Of a stretch of DNA of 64,000 bases, positions 30,227 through 40,208 are shown one piece after another. The DNA comes from a virus (taxonomy: Duplodnaviria; Heunggongvirae; Uroviricota; Caudoviricetes), in the IMG/VR virus record IMGVR_UViG_3300032046_004423, positions 31,358-95,357 of that record. The stretch is one strand, 5' to 3'. Position 1 is the first letter of the stretch. The number at the start of each line of letters is the position of its first letter. Made by a program: the position numbers and the translations under genes. The notes under the pieces were generated by a model. That model ran no database searches, had not been told where the DNA came from, and saw only the letters and a list, made by a program, of their open reading frames with translations.

Positions 30227-31021
30227 TATGGATAAGATTAAAACTACTACAAAGGAAGATAAAGTCCGAATAGAAGAGTTCTCCTCTGCTATGTTTGAGA
30301 AGATGAGTAAAGGCAGGGAGGAGCATGGCATCAAGATTAGCCTAAACCCCTTTATTGAAGCTATGAATGAGTGCCTAGATTTATCTAATTACTCTATGAT
30401 GATTTACTTTAGACTAAAACTACTGTTAGAAAAGTATGAGAAGCTAGAAAGGAGGTTTAATGAACAAAAGAAACCATAAGGAGCTCTGGGAACAGCTAAA
30501 AGTACTGATTATCTATAGTAGTAAGAGGAGGTACTCCCAGGGGGAACTCTACGAGATTATGTCTAGGTTAGAATTAGGGCAGTTAGCCCAAGACCCCTTT
30601 ATTGAAATACTGAAGGCAAGTAAGGAGGGAGGAGAATAGATGAACTATACAGTTAGGAGACTAGTGCTTCATAGTCTGGTTTTATGCTTAGCTATTGGTA
30701 TTGGATTATCCTCATATATAATGAGGACTATAGATCCAGCTATACCAGTAAATAAGACTACAAGTACAATAGGTCTTATTCTATTCCTTCTCTGGCTTAT
30801 CATGCCCCTAGTTCTTGGTTGGGTAAAAGTAAAGGGGGGAGATAGTGAAAAATAGATTTGCAGGTAAGTAGATTTAGACTAATAAGAGTTAACAACCCGG
30901 AGGTAGATGAATGACCCTAAGAAGATGAAGTTGAGTAGTTTATAAGGAGGTACAGTTTGAGAAAGTAAATAGAAGGAAAACAAAGTAGGTAAAATGGAGA
31001 AATAAAAAAGGAGGTTTTACA

Positions 31022-33016
31022 GTGTCGTCTTTAATTGTTTTAGGTATCATAGGCATAGTATTTCTTATACTGGTCCTACCCTCAATTAGAGTAATAGGAC
31101 CTACGGAAGTAGGCTTGGTAACCAAAAGGTTTGGAAGGAAGTTATCTCCAGATAATCCTGTAGCTTTAGAAGGGGAGGCTGGTTATCAGGCAGACTTGCT
31201 AATGCCTGGATGGAGGTTTAAATTCTGGGTTGTCTACGATGTAGAGAAACATCCTTGGGTACAGATACCTGCTGGTAAGATTGGGGTTGTAGTAGCCCAG
31301 GTAGGAAAACCCCTTCCTATAGGAGCTAAGTCAGCCAAGTATGAGAGGGAGATAAACATAAAGGATGTCCGAAGTTTTATGGGGGGAGTAGAAGCCGAGA
31401 GGGAAGGTAAGAAAGTTATAGTATTTGGGCAGAAAGGAGTTCAAAGGCCAGTTCTATCCCCAGGAACCCTACTACCACTCCATCCTATTGCTTTTCTAGT
31501 TATTACCTCCGAGAGGTGCTACGGAAAGCCTATCGACCCAGACCTTCGTGAGTGCTATCATAAAGGTAGCCTTAACTGTGAGGATTTTGGCTTAAAGCAG
31601 GAATGGTTAGACGTAAGAATTATTAAGCCAGAATTTAGGGGGGAAGGAAAAATAGTTGATATGGTCGGCATCATTACAACCTTGGAGGGAGATCCATTAC
31701 CACCAGGAGACATCGCTGGTAGGCTAGAAGGTTTTAAGGACATAGCAGATGCAATGGCGGGGGGAAAAGGTGACTCCGACTTAATTGAGTTAATCATAGG
31801 TTCCAAAAACCAGAAGCATAACAACTATCAGGACTTCCAAGCTTTCCTAGATAATGGAGGTAAGATAGGTTTACAGCATGACCCACTACTTTATGGGGCC
31901 TATAACTTAAATCCCTTCCTTATCAAGGTAGAGGCAGAACCAATGTTGGTGGTAGAACAGGGGGAAGTCGCAGTTGTAAAGTCTTACGTTGGATTACCTA
32001 CTGAGGCTGGAAAAGTAGGAGAAGAGGAGTTCAAGTTCGGTACTATTGTCAGGCCAGGGCATCGAGGGATCTGGAATGAGGCCTTGGTAACTGGTAAGTA
32101 TGCTATAAATCCTCACTGCTACCAGTGGGAGAAGGTGCCAGTGTCTATCATCAACCTTAACTGGGCAGAGGGGAGCTTAAAAGCTTATGAGTGGGAATCC
32201 CAGCTAAGCCCCATTGATGCAAAGAGTAGGGAAGGATTTATCTTTCATATTGACTTACAAGTCCAGATTCATATCGCTGCGAAAGAGGCTCCTGCTGTTA
32301 TTTCAATGGTTGGAACTATGGCTAACTTAACTAACCAAGTTTTGCAGCCAGCAGTAGGGAATCACTTCAGGGATAAGCTCCAGAGTATGCCTGCTGTTAT
32401 GTTCATAGAAACCAGGCAGCTGGTACAGAGAGAAGCTCAAGCCCACATTACCTCAGAGCTAGAAAAATACCATATTGAGACTCGTGGTGTTTATATCCAG
32501 AACGTTATTCTACCAGAAAAACTTGTTGAGGTATTAACCAATAGGGAAATTGCGAACCAACAGATAGATACCTATAAGAAGCAAAAAGAAGCCCAGGACC
32601 AGAGAGTTGAGACTGAGAAAGCTACTGGTACAGCCGATATGCAGAAAGAACTAGCAAAAGCTAAGGTAGGAGTAGGCATAAAGACCTTTAATGCTGAGGC
32701 TAGGGTACAAGAAGCAGGTGGTGAGGCTTCTTATATACAACTTACAGGTGAGGCTGAAGGAGCGAGACAGAAAGCTATCGGTGTAGGAAAAGCAGAGGGG
32801 TATAAAGCTCAGGTAGAAGCATTAGGGCAAGAGTCAACAGCATTTGTCAACGTGGTAACTAGTCTATCTGACAAGCAGTTGAAGTTTGTGCCAGATGTTA
32901 TGGTAAGTGGTAGCGGGGATGCCCTAGGTGGGTTGGCAGGAGTCATTATGAAGAGACTCCTAGGCGACCAGAGGAAGGAGAAGGTAGAGGAAGTAGCAGC
33001 AACAACAAAGAAATAA
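31022..33016 (+). CDS. flotillin-like SPFH/band-7 protein (664 aa)
   Basis: N-terminal TM plus IRVIGPTEVGLVTKRFG (SPFH start). The C-terminal half has E/A/Q/K-rich coiled-coil flotillin-type repeats (AEARVQEAGGEASY..GEAEGARQKAIGVGKAEGYKAQVEALG). Confidence 0.65.
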   Translation: MSSLIVLGIIGIVFLILVLPSIRVIGPTEVGLVTKRFGRKLSPDNPVALEGEAGYQADLLMPGWRFKFWVVYDVEKHPWVQIPAGKIGVVVAQVGKPLPIGAKSAKYEREINIKDVRSFMGGVEAEREGKKVIVFGQKGVQRPVLSPGTLLPLHPIAFLVITSERCYGKPIDPDLRECYHKGSLNCEDFGLKQEWLDVRIIKPEFRGEGKIVDMVGIITTLEGDPLPPGDIAGRLEGFKDIADAMAGGKGDSDLIELIIGSKNQKHNNYQDFQAFLDNGGKIGLQHDPLLYGAYNLNPFLIKVEAEPMLVVEQGEVAVVKSYVGLPTEAGKVGEEEFKFGTIVRPGHRGIWNEALVTGKYAINPHCYQWEKVPVSIINLNWAEGSLKAYEWESQLSPIDAKSREGFIFHIDLQVQIHIAAKEAPAVISMVGTMANLTNQVLQPAVGNHFRDKLQSMPAVMFIETRQLVQREAQAHITSELEKYHIETRGVYIQNVILPEKLVEVLTNREIANQQIDTYKKQKEAQDQRVETEKATGTADMQKELAKAKVGVGIKTFNAEARVQEAGGEASYIQLTGEAEGARQKAIGVGKAEGYKAQVEALGQESTAFVNVVTSLSDKQLKFVPDVMVSGSGDALGGLAGVIMKRLLGDQRKEKVEEVAATTKK

Positions 33017-33074
33017 GCCGAAACCAGGGAGCAATCCCTGGTATACAGATGAATCTGTACTGAGGAGGCTAGCT

Positions 33075-33305
33075 ATGGTAACGGTTATAATGATAGTAGT
33101 AGCAGTTATAATACTACTTCTTACTAGTGAAGATGAGGAAGAGGACGGAATTAAGAATAAAGTTAAGAATAAAGACCAGAAAGAATTAGTAACATCAATC
33201 TTAAAGGAGCAAGAAAAGTTTTTACATTCTGTAAGGAAAGAGGTACCAAAGAAAGTTATAGAAAATATTAGTGAAGAGCCCAAGAGATTTTTTGGGGAGA
33301 AGTAA
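33075..33305 (+). CDS. small single-TM protein ending KRFFGEK (paralog 1)
   Basis: N-terminal TM plus a charged tail. The C-terminal heptapeptide is identical to that of the next ORF. Confidence 0.45.
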   Translation: MVTVIMIVVAVIILLLTSEDEEEDGIKNKVKNKDQKELVTSILKEQEKFLHSVRKEVPKKVIENISEEPKRFFGEK

Positions 33306-33319
33306 CAAGGAGGAAATTC

Positions 33320-33610
33320 ATGACACCGATTTTACTAGCTTTATTTATACCAGTAGTAATTGCTATAGTACTCTTTGGACTAAAGTGGAGTAAGGATAAA
33401 TGGATATTCAGGGGAATTCTAACTAGGGAAAAGAAGGAAGATACGTGGTTAGGTGATTTAGAGGGGAAGAAGGCTGACAGTTGGGATAAGGAAGTTACTA
33501 GCAAGATTATGAAGAATGAAGATGCTCTCCTTAACTACAAAAGTCCCACTACAAGGAAGGATGTGAGTAAAACTCAGGGAAAGTCCAAAAGATTTTTTGG
33601 AGAGAAGTAG
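33320..33610 (+). CDS. small single-TM protein ending KRFFGEK (paralog 2)
   Basis: Same architecture. The 3' nucleotide sequence is nearly identical (agattttttgg[g/a]gagaagta). Confidence 0.45.
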   Translation: MTPILLALFIPVVIAIVLFGLKWSKDKWIFRGILTREKKEDTWLGDLEGKKADSWDKEVTSKIMKNEDALLNYKSPTTRKDVSKTQGKSKRFFGEK

Positions 33611-33936
33611 GGTAGAAGGTATGAAGTTAAGCTATGAAGACTTATGTGGTGGTTGGCACTGGCCCTGGTTCCAAATTGGCTAAAGCAGAGAAAGTAGATA
33701 GTAAAAAGTAGGAGCTAGCATAATGGCATTTAGTAAAGAATGGTATAGCAAAACCCTGGCAGAAGTAGAGAATCTTCGCCCAAATAGACTCATATAAAAT
33801 ACTGCAATTTATTCTAGGTTATATGCAAAGGAGTAAAGGTGTAGATGGCTATGTAGCTTTTATGGAAGGTCTAGATTCGGGTCTCATTGAGTATAATAGT
33901 AAGGCAATAGTAGAGCAGAGGAGATAGTAAAGTAGG

Positions 33937-36270
33937 ATGGATCCTTTAGAATTATGTAAATGTGAGGAATGCCCTCTAAAAGATAGTAAAAAAGTACCTG
34001 GTGAGGGCACCGGTTCCGATGAAAACTATAATATAGTACTAGTTGGTATTGCACCTGCTAAGACTGAGGTAAGGGAAGGAAGGCCTTTAGTTGGCTGGTC
34101 GGGAACCTTACTAAGGAAGACACTTGCTAAACTTGGTGTAACTAGCTTCTACTTAACTAATACTTTACTATGTCAGCTACCAGAGGATATTAGGGATAGT
34201 GAGCAAAGGTTAGCTATAAATTGTTGCAAAGATAGACTGTTTAAAGAGGTTGAATCTAAAAATCCCGAGATAGTTGTTGCAATGGGTAATATACCTCTTG
34301 AGGCACTTACTGGTATTGGTTACAAGATTAAGAGTGTTAACGGTAGGATATTACCTGGACTGATTTGTCCAGTATTACCAGTTATACATCCTGCCTCACT
34401 TAGTAGGCGAGCTGAGGAGTTCTATGACTTTGTTGATGGCTTAAAGTCTGCTCCTAAATATCTAACTGGAACTTACCAGCTAGCTAGTATACCTCATAGA
34501 ACTATCATTAACGAGGATAATATTGGTGAAGTGTTGCAGGTGCTGGATAAGTCTGAACTCCTAGCAGTAGATCTTGAGACAACTGGTAGAGGTTTTTACC
34601 CCTATGGAAAGGACCCAGATAAGATAAGATGTATATGTCTAGCTACTGATGAGAAAACAGCTTATATATTTCCGGGTGAGAGTTCACCTTATTTTGAACA
34701 ACATCAAAACTATGTCTATGATAGTAGATTGAAGAATCTACTTAGTAGGAAGAAGTGCATATTCCATAATGGGCCTTTTGATGTTGGTTTCCTTAAGCAA
34801 GCAGGCTACGATGTAAAAATCTTCTTTGATACCTTACTAGCTCACTATATGATAGATGAGAGGCAGTATAGCCATGGTCTAAAGGTCTTAGCAGGTAAGT
34901 ACTTGGGTGCTCCTAACTGGGAAGAGGATATAAAAGAGTTTTTGCCCCATAAAGCTAGCAGTTACGACTTAGTCCCAGACGATAAGCTGTATGAGTATGC
35001 AGCTTATGACGTTGCCTATACATACCAGCTATCCGAAGGAGCTGGCTTTAGAAGAAAAGTAGCCAATACCCAACTATATAAGGAGATTTTAAACCCTTGT
35101 GCCAATATGTTTGCTGAGATTAGGCATAGAGGAATACCTGTAGATGTTGGGTATTTGATGGAGTTGGATGGTGTTCTCGAGAAGGAAATGGATGAGAAGC
35201 TAGAGGAGCTTGAAAAACTAGTAGGACGTTACTTAAATCCTTTCTCTCCCCAAGAAGTAGCAGAACTACTGTATGACAACCTTGGCTATCAGCAGGTTCC
35301 TGGATTCGGTAGATCGACTGCTGCTAGAATCCTACGGATGTTAGGAGGTGAGATTTGTGATAAAATACAAGAGGTAAGAGAGTTTGGCAAGCTAAAATCT
35401 ACCTATGTCGTGGGTGTGGCTAACTTCATAGATGATAGTTTTAGAATACATCCATTCACTAATCTATCGGGGACAGTAACTGGTAGGATCTCAATGTCTG
35501 ATCCAAGTATGATGAACGTTAGTTATAGTGGTGGTGTAAGAAAGCTTTACCTTCCAGAACAAGGGCATTTAATACTTGAGGCTGACCAGAAACAGATTGA
35601 GCTAAGATGCTATGCTATAACTAGTGGTGATAGTCATCTACAGGACTTACTAGCAAGTGGAGGTGATCCTCATCAGCTGGTGCAAGACCAGTTGGTTAAA
35701 AGAACTAGCCTATCTAGTAAATGGTCCGGGCATGAAGGTAGGGTTAAAGCTAAAGCTGGGGTATTTGGTAGGTTATACGGTAGAGGTAAAAGAGATTTTA
35801 TGATGAGTTATAAACTAAACGAGAAAGATGCTGACGAGTTAGTAGCTACAATTGATACAATCTTCCCGTCAGTTAAAGAATATCTAGCTAGAGTAAAGAA
35901 GGAAATTCACGAAACAGGAGTACTAACATCTTACTTTGGTAGGAAGAGAAGATTTGGACTAGTACTTGACGAGAATAAGCATGAGTGCTACAGACAGGGA
36001 GCTAACTTCTACATCCAATCTATGGCATCAGATATTAACCTTTACTGTATGCTTCACTTATGGGATTTAAAGGATAAGTGGGGAATTTACCCACTCTTCC
36101 CAGTTCATGATAGTATAGTTATAGATATACCAGATGTCTCGGTAGTGCCTGAGATTAAGAAGGAGCTAGAAGAATACTCCAGAACCTTAGTACAGGAGCA
36201 GATAAAGTTTAAAGTAGATTGCTCAGTTGGTACTAACTGGGGAGAAACTAAGAAGTTGGAGATTGGGTAA
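33937..36270 (+). CDS. polA: Family A DNA polymerase with an N-terminal family-4 UDG-like domain and a 3'-5' exonuclease
   Basis: UDG4-like region: VPGEGTGSDENYNIVLVGIAPAKTEVREGRPLVGWSG (motif A with E replaced by I), VIHPASL (HPS-like), Cys ligands C7, C9, C12 and CC. Exo I is DLETTG. Pol motif B is RVKAKAGVFGRLYGRG. Motif C is PVHDSIVID. Confidence 0.9.
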   Translation: MDPLELCKCEECPLKDSKKVPGEGTGSDENYNIVLVGIAPAKTEVREGRPLVGWSGTLLRKTLAKLGVTSFYLTNTLLCQLPEDIRDSEQRLAINCCKDRLFKEVESKNPEIVVAMGNIPLEALTGIGYKIKSVNGRILPGLICPVLPVIHPASLSRRAEEFYDFVDGLKSAPKYLTGTYQLASIPHRTIINEDNIGEVLQVLDKSELLAVDLETTGRGFYPYGKDPDKIRCICLATDEKTAYIFPGESSPYFEQHQNYVYDSRLKNLLSRKKCIFHNGPFDVGFLKQAGYDVKIFFDTLLAHYMIDERQYSHGLKVLAGKYLGAPNWEEDIKEFLPHKASSYDLVPDDKLYEYAAYDVAYTYQLSEGAGFRRKVANTQLYKEILNPCANMFAEIRHRGIPVDVGYLMELDGVLEKEMDEKLEELEKLVGRYLNPFSPQEVAELLYDNLGYQQVPGFGRSTAARILRMLGGEICDKIQEVREFGKLKSTYVVGVANFIDDSFRIHPFTNLSGTVTGRISMSDPSMMNVSYSGGVRKLYLPEQGHLILEADQKQIELRCYAITSGDSHLQDLLASGGDPHQLVQDQLVKRTSLSSKWSGHEGRVKAKAGVFGRLYGRGKRDFMMSYKLNEKDADELVATIDTIFPSVKEYLARVKKEIHETGVLTSYFGRKRRFGLVLDENKHECYRQGANFYIQSMASDINLYCMLHLWDLKDKWGIYPLFPVHDSIVIDIPDVSVVPEIKKELEEYSRTLVQEQIKFKVDCSVGTNWGETKKLEIG

Positions 36271-36271
36271 T

Positions 36272-36718
36272 ATGCAGCATAAGGTAGATATTAACTACAG
36301 ATTTACCTGCCATGACTGCGGAGTTAGGGAAGGCCAGATACATAAGCTAAATTGTGATATGGAGAGTTGTCCATTCTGTGGTAACCAGCTTATGAGTTGT
36401 GACTGCTGTTACGAGAAGTTAAAGCTTGACTGCTCTGAAGGTACTTGGACCTACGAGAATGGGCTAACAGATAAGGAAGAAGCTCAGTGGTTAGACATGC
36501 TTACTAGAAGGGGAAGGGTACCCTACTTCCAAACGATAGTAAGATGTTATAGGTGTGGCTGCCATATCAATCATACTCAGCTCCATAAGTGGATGGTATC
36601 AGATAAAGAGTGGAGAGCAGTAGTACCAATAGATTGGCAAAATGAAGTACTATGTTTTGATTGCTTTAACTGGATAAAGAGAATAAGAGAACAGGAGGAT
36701 ACATTGGATGGATATTAA
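36272..36718 (+). CDS. Cys-rich zinc-binding protein
   Basis: CHDCG, CPFCG, CDCCYEKLKLDC, CYRCGC, CFDCF. Confidence 0.4.
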   Translation: MQHKVDINYRFTCHDCGVREGQIHKLNCDMESCPFCGNQLMSCDCCYEKLKLDCSEGTWTYENGLTDKEEAQWLDMLTRRGRVPYFQTIVRCYRCGCHINHTQLHKWMVSDKEWRAVVPIDWQNEVLCFDCFNWIKRIREQEDTLDGY

Positions 36719-37229
36719 ACCCTATCATCGGAAATACCCTGAGATAACTAAGCTCTTGTATGAGAAAGGAATTCTAGCTGGTTACCCTATACAGATAGAT
36801 AGGAGTGACCTTCAGTATGCTGAGGGTATTGATATAGTTTATACTCTAAAAGGTATGACACCTGCTAAGTTTAAAGCATATGCAGACCCCTTACTATGGG
36901 CTGCCTATGAAGAAGCGAGGAGATACGATGAGGAACCAATAAAATTTGCTAGGTTTGACGTTCAGCTTAATAGGACAGAAAAAGGCAGGAAAACAATAAC
37001 TAATCCAGTAAGGGGGTTTACAGCTAGAGGTCACGATGATGTAAGTGTTATGGTATTTGGGGAAGAAGCTATGGGTGCTACAGTACCTGAAGGAATGGCT
37101 AAGCCCTTTCTAGTTAATAGGGTGGATGAGATACTAGCATTGACGGAGAAGTACATGAAAGACTACCTTCAAAAGCAAAGACCGTATAAAGTTATTGCTC
37201 TAGTAATAAGTATTAGAAGAAAATTTTAA
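36708..37229 (+). CDS. hypothetical protein between the two polymerases
   Basis: 173 aa, no motif. Start overlaps the upstream stop. Confidence 0.4.
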   Translation: MDIKPYHRKYPEITKLLYEKGILAGYPIQIDRSDLQYAEGIDIVYTLKGMTPAKFKAYADPLLWAAYEEARRYDEEPIKFARFDVQLNRTEKGRKTITNPVRGFTARGHDDVSVMVFGEEAMGATVPEGMAKPFLVNRVDEILALTEKYMKDYLQKQRPYKVIALVISIRRKF

Positions 37230-37246
37230 AGGGAGGTTAACTGCGT

Positions 37247-38917
37247 GTGGTTCCAACTTTCGATATAGAGGCCGTTCAATGGACCCAGCCAATTGCTGTA
37301 GGGTTCTTTGATGGGAGAGAGTACCATGAATTCTTAAAGATAAACGAGGAGTGCGATGTAATCTGGGAGTTTCTAAAGTTCATAAAGAAGTATGAAGGTA
37401 TAAAAGTCTATGCTCATAATGCTGCTGGATATGATAATAAGTTTATCTTGGACAGTTTAACTAAGCATGACCAGATAGTTAGGTTTGTTGCAGGCTTAGG
37501 TGCTCTGATTTGGATAGGGCCAAATATCTCATTTGAAGATAGCTACCTCCTACTTAGTAGAAAATTATCTGTATGCTGCGAGGCTCTCGGTGTATCCCAA
37601 AAACTAGAATGGAGGCATGACGAAACTAAGAACCCCTGGGAGATGCAGCCCATACTTGGTAGTTTTAGTGAGTATCTTAAGCGCGACTGCATAGCTCTTA
37701 GTGAGGTACTAGATTCCTTTACTGAGAAGCTACTTACTAACTTTGGTATTACACCATCCTCTACTCTAGCACTAACAGCTATAAAGGCGTTCAATAAGCG
37801 CTTCTATCCAGTTAGAAAGATAGCCTCGAACGTGGAGTTTGAGACCTTTATTAGGGCAGCTACCTATGGGGGTAGGAATGAGGTATATAAGAGGTATGGT
37901 GAGAATATTAACTTCTACGATGTTAAAAGAATGTTTATGTCCTGCTATGATACACCTGTTCCCGTAGGTAGAATGAGATGGAGAAGTCCCAATATAGATA
38001 AAGGAACTCTAGCAGAGGCTATAGTTAAAGTCCCTGATGCAAGTATAGGACCCTTACCATATAGATTTAATGGTAGGCTAATATTTCCTATAGGAGAATT
38101 TAGAGGCTGGTGGGATATGGTTGAACTGAGATATGCTGCACAGCTTGGAGTTGATATAAAGCTTATAAGGCAGCTAGAGTGCGATGAGAAGCCAATACTA
38201 AAATCCTTCTGTGAGTTTGTGAACAAGCTTAGTGAGAACTCCAATTTAGATATGGGAAGGATTTGGAAGTTGTTTGGCCTAAGACTGAGTGGTAAGTTTG
38301 GTCAGCATAGGATTAGAACTGAGATAAAGCACGTGAAAGATATAAAAGAGAACGAGTATAATCCTATGGATAAAAATGAGATATACCACGAGGTAACATC
38401 TAGTCTTGCTAGCTTTAAATCTCCATATATTAAACCAGCTATAAATATGAGAATAAGAGCTGAAGCTAAAGTTAGGCACCTAGAGAAGTTACTGGAAGCC
38501 CAAGATGTTTACTACTGTGATACTGACTCAGTATATACTACAGTAGAGTTACCTACTGGGAATCATATAGGTGATTTAAAACTAGTTGAGTTTGCAGTTA
38601 GAGCTTACTTTGTTGGTAGTAAGTTTTACGGCTATGTAAATAGCAGTGAAATATTAAAACAAAAAACTGCTGGCTATAGAGACTACCAGCTGACTGAGTA
38701 TGACTTTAAGAGAGTACTAAAAGGGGAAGAAATACCCTGTACTTTTAGTAGGATAGAAAACTGGAAGGAAATACTAAAAGGAAGAGGTGTTAATTTAGTT
38801 AAACACTCTTTTACTTTTAGACAGCCAAATTTTAGTAATAGGATACTAGGAGAGATAGAAACCTCACCTATTAAACTAATTGATGGGAAGGCGGAGGAGA
38901 TTCCCAGTATTAGATAA
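37247..38917 (+). CDS. protein-primed-type family B DNA polymerase (phi29-like pPolB)
   Basis: Exo I FDIE, Exo II YAHNAAGYDNKFIL, Exo III YLKRDCIAL, pre-motif B KLFGLRLSGKFGQ (cf. phi29 KLMLNSLYGKFA), motif C YYCDTDSVYT. Confidence 0.8.
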   Translation: MVPTFDIEAVQWTQPIAVGFFDGREYHEFLKINEECDVIWEFLKFIKKYEGIKVYAHNAAGYDNKFILDSLTKHDQIVRFVAGLGALIWIGPNISFEDSYLLLSRKLSVCCEALGVSQKLEWRHDETKNPWEMQPILGSFSEYLKRDCIALSEVLDSFTEKLLTNFGITPSSTLALTAIKAFNKRFYPVRKIASNVEFETFIRAATYGGRNEVYKRYGENINFYDVKRMFMSCYDTPVPVGRMRWRSPNIDKGTLAEAIVKVPDASIGPLPYRFNGRLIFPIGEFRGWWDMVELRYAAQLGVDIKLIRQLECDEKPILKSFCEFVNKLSENSNLDMGRIWKLFGLRLSGKFGQHRIRTEIKHVKDIKENEYNPMDKNEIYHEVTSSLASFKSPYIKPAINMRIRAEAKVRHLEKLLEAQDVYYCDTDSVYTTVELPTGNHIGDLKLVEFAVRAYFVGSKFYGYVNSSEILKQKTAGYRDYQLTEYDFKRVLKGEEIPCTFSRIENWKEILKGRGVNLVKHSFTFRQPNFSNRILGEIETSPIKLIDGKAEEIPSIR

Positions 38918-39002
38918 GAACTCTCCTACCGCCCCCAGGACTGATCCCTTTACTACTTTGGTTTGGGCTTGGGTTTACTTTTTTGCACTATCTCACCTCC
39001 TT

Positions 39003-39020
39003 AACTAGTAATTACTAGTT
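39003..39020. repeat. 18-bp perfect palindrome aactagtaattactagtt in the convergent intergenic region
   Basis: It is self-complementary. It lies in the 300-nt pyrimidine-rich gap where plus- and minus-strand gene blocks meet. Confidence 0.6.
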
Positions 39021-39533
39021 TATCTACAAACTAACCTTTCTTTCCGCCTGCCCTCCCCCTGCTATAACCTTTCACGTGTACCTTCTTACCCCCTCGGGAA
39101 TAGGAAAAGGACTTTACGTGAACCGCATGACCCCTCTGTTTACCTTTCCTGCTTTTAGCCACTTAACAAAAAACCTCCTTTTAAATTTACTATCTAAGGT
39201 TAACTTACCCTTCTTAAGTTGGTAACTGCTCTTGCTGGGGTGCCACTGGGGTAATATACCCTAAGTCTGCCAAGTGCCTTAGAGCAGTCACTACTATACC
39301 GGGACTAATATTTCCAACTGTAGTAAGCTCATCAACCTCGGCTATTCCTCCCATCTCAGCAAGTACCGTCATTATCTTTTGTTCCGTAGGATTTATTGAC
39401 CCCAGACTACCACTCTGAAGTCTCTGAACTCCTATAGGTGTTAACTGCCAGTACTGAACCTCAGGGGCACCAAAGATATCCATAGTTTTACTTGCACTCT
39501 TCATAGCATTACCTCCTTTCCACGACTTTCTTC

Positions 39534-39944
39534 TTACAGCTTAAACCTACTAGGATCAATTCCGTATTTCTTAGCTAGATCTGGATTAGCCCTAGCCATT
39601 TCCCTAAGGAAACCCCTCTTGGTCTTACCTCTCTCAGACCTCTTCTTTTTTCTCTCAGCTTGGGTCATCTTAGGACCCTTCTTCCTGGGCTCTAAACCGT
39701 ACTTCTTTAGTACTTCTCGTCTAGTTGCCTTCCTCTCATCCCTCCTCTTTTTAGCAGCAGCTTTCTTCTCCTCAGGAGTATCATACTTCTTCTTTTTTCT
39801 CTTAAGTCCAAGAGCTTCAAGCACTTCCTTCCTCTTTTGTGCTAGTGTAAGGCTCTCTGACTCTATGACCTTGGAGAAGTCCAATGGCTCTGCTACTACT
39901 GGTACTAGTCCTGTTGATTGTGGTTTCGGCGCTCTCTTCGACAT
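39534..39944 (-). CDS. highly basic K/R/E-rich protein
   Basis: KRKKKKYDTPEEKKAAAKKRRDERKATRRE. Low complexity. Confidence 0.4.
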   Translation of the reverse strand: MSKRAPKPQSTGLVPVVAEPLDFSKVIESESLTLAQKRKEVLEALGLKRKKKKYDTPEEKKAAAKKRRDERKATRREVLKKYGLEPRKKGPKMTQAERKKKRSERGKTKRGFLREMARANPDLAKKYGIDPSRFKL

Positions 39945-40208
39945 TTAGTTTATACCTCCCTTTATTTTTTTCTGCTTCTCTAAACTCTTTAAGTAAAGCT
40001 TCGGGATCAAATGGTAAATGGTCTCCTATCCTCCAAATTTCTTCTTTACTTAACTTCTTTACTGACAGAATTCTACCCTTTATCCTTTTACTACTATTCC
40101 TAGAAAGGGTAAGCCTAGTTCCGAATCCTTTTCCACCCGGCTTTTTATACCTAATCTTAAGTACTGGTTTTCCTCTACTTTTACTTACTATACTCTCCAC
40201 AGTGCCTC

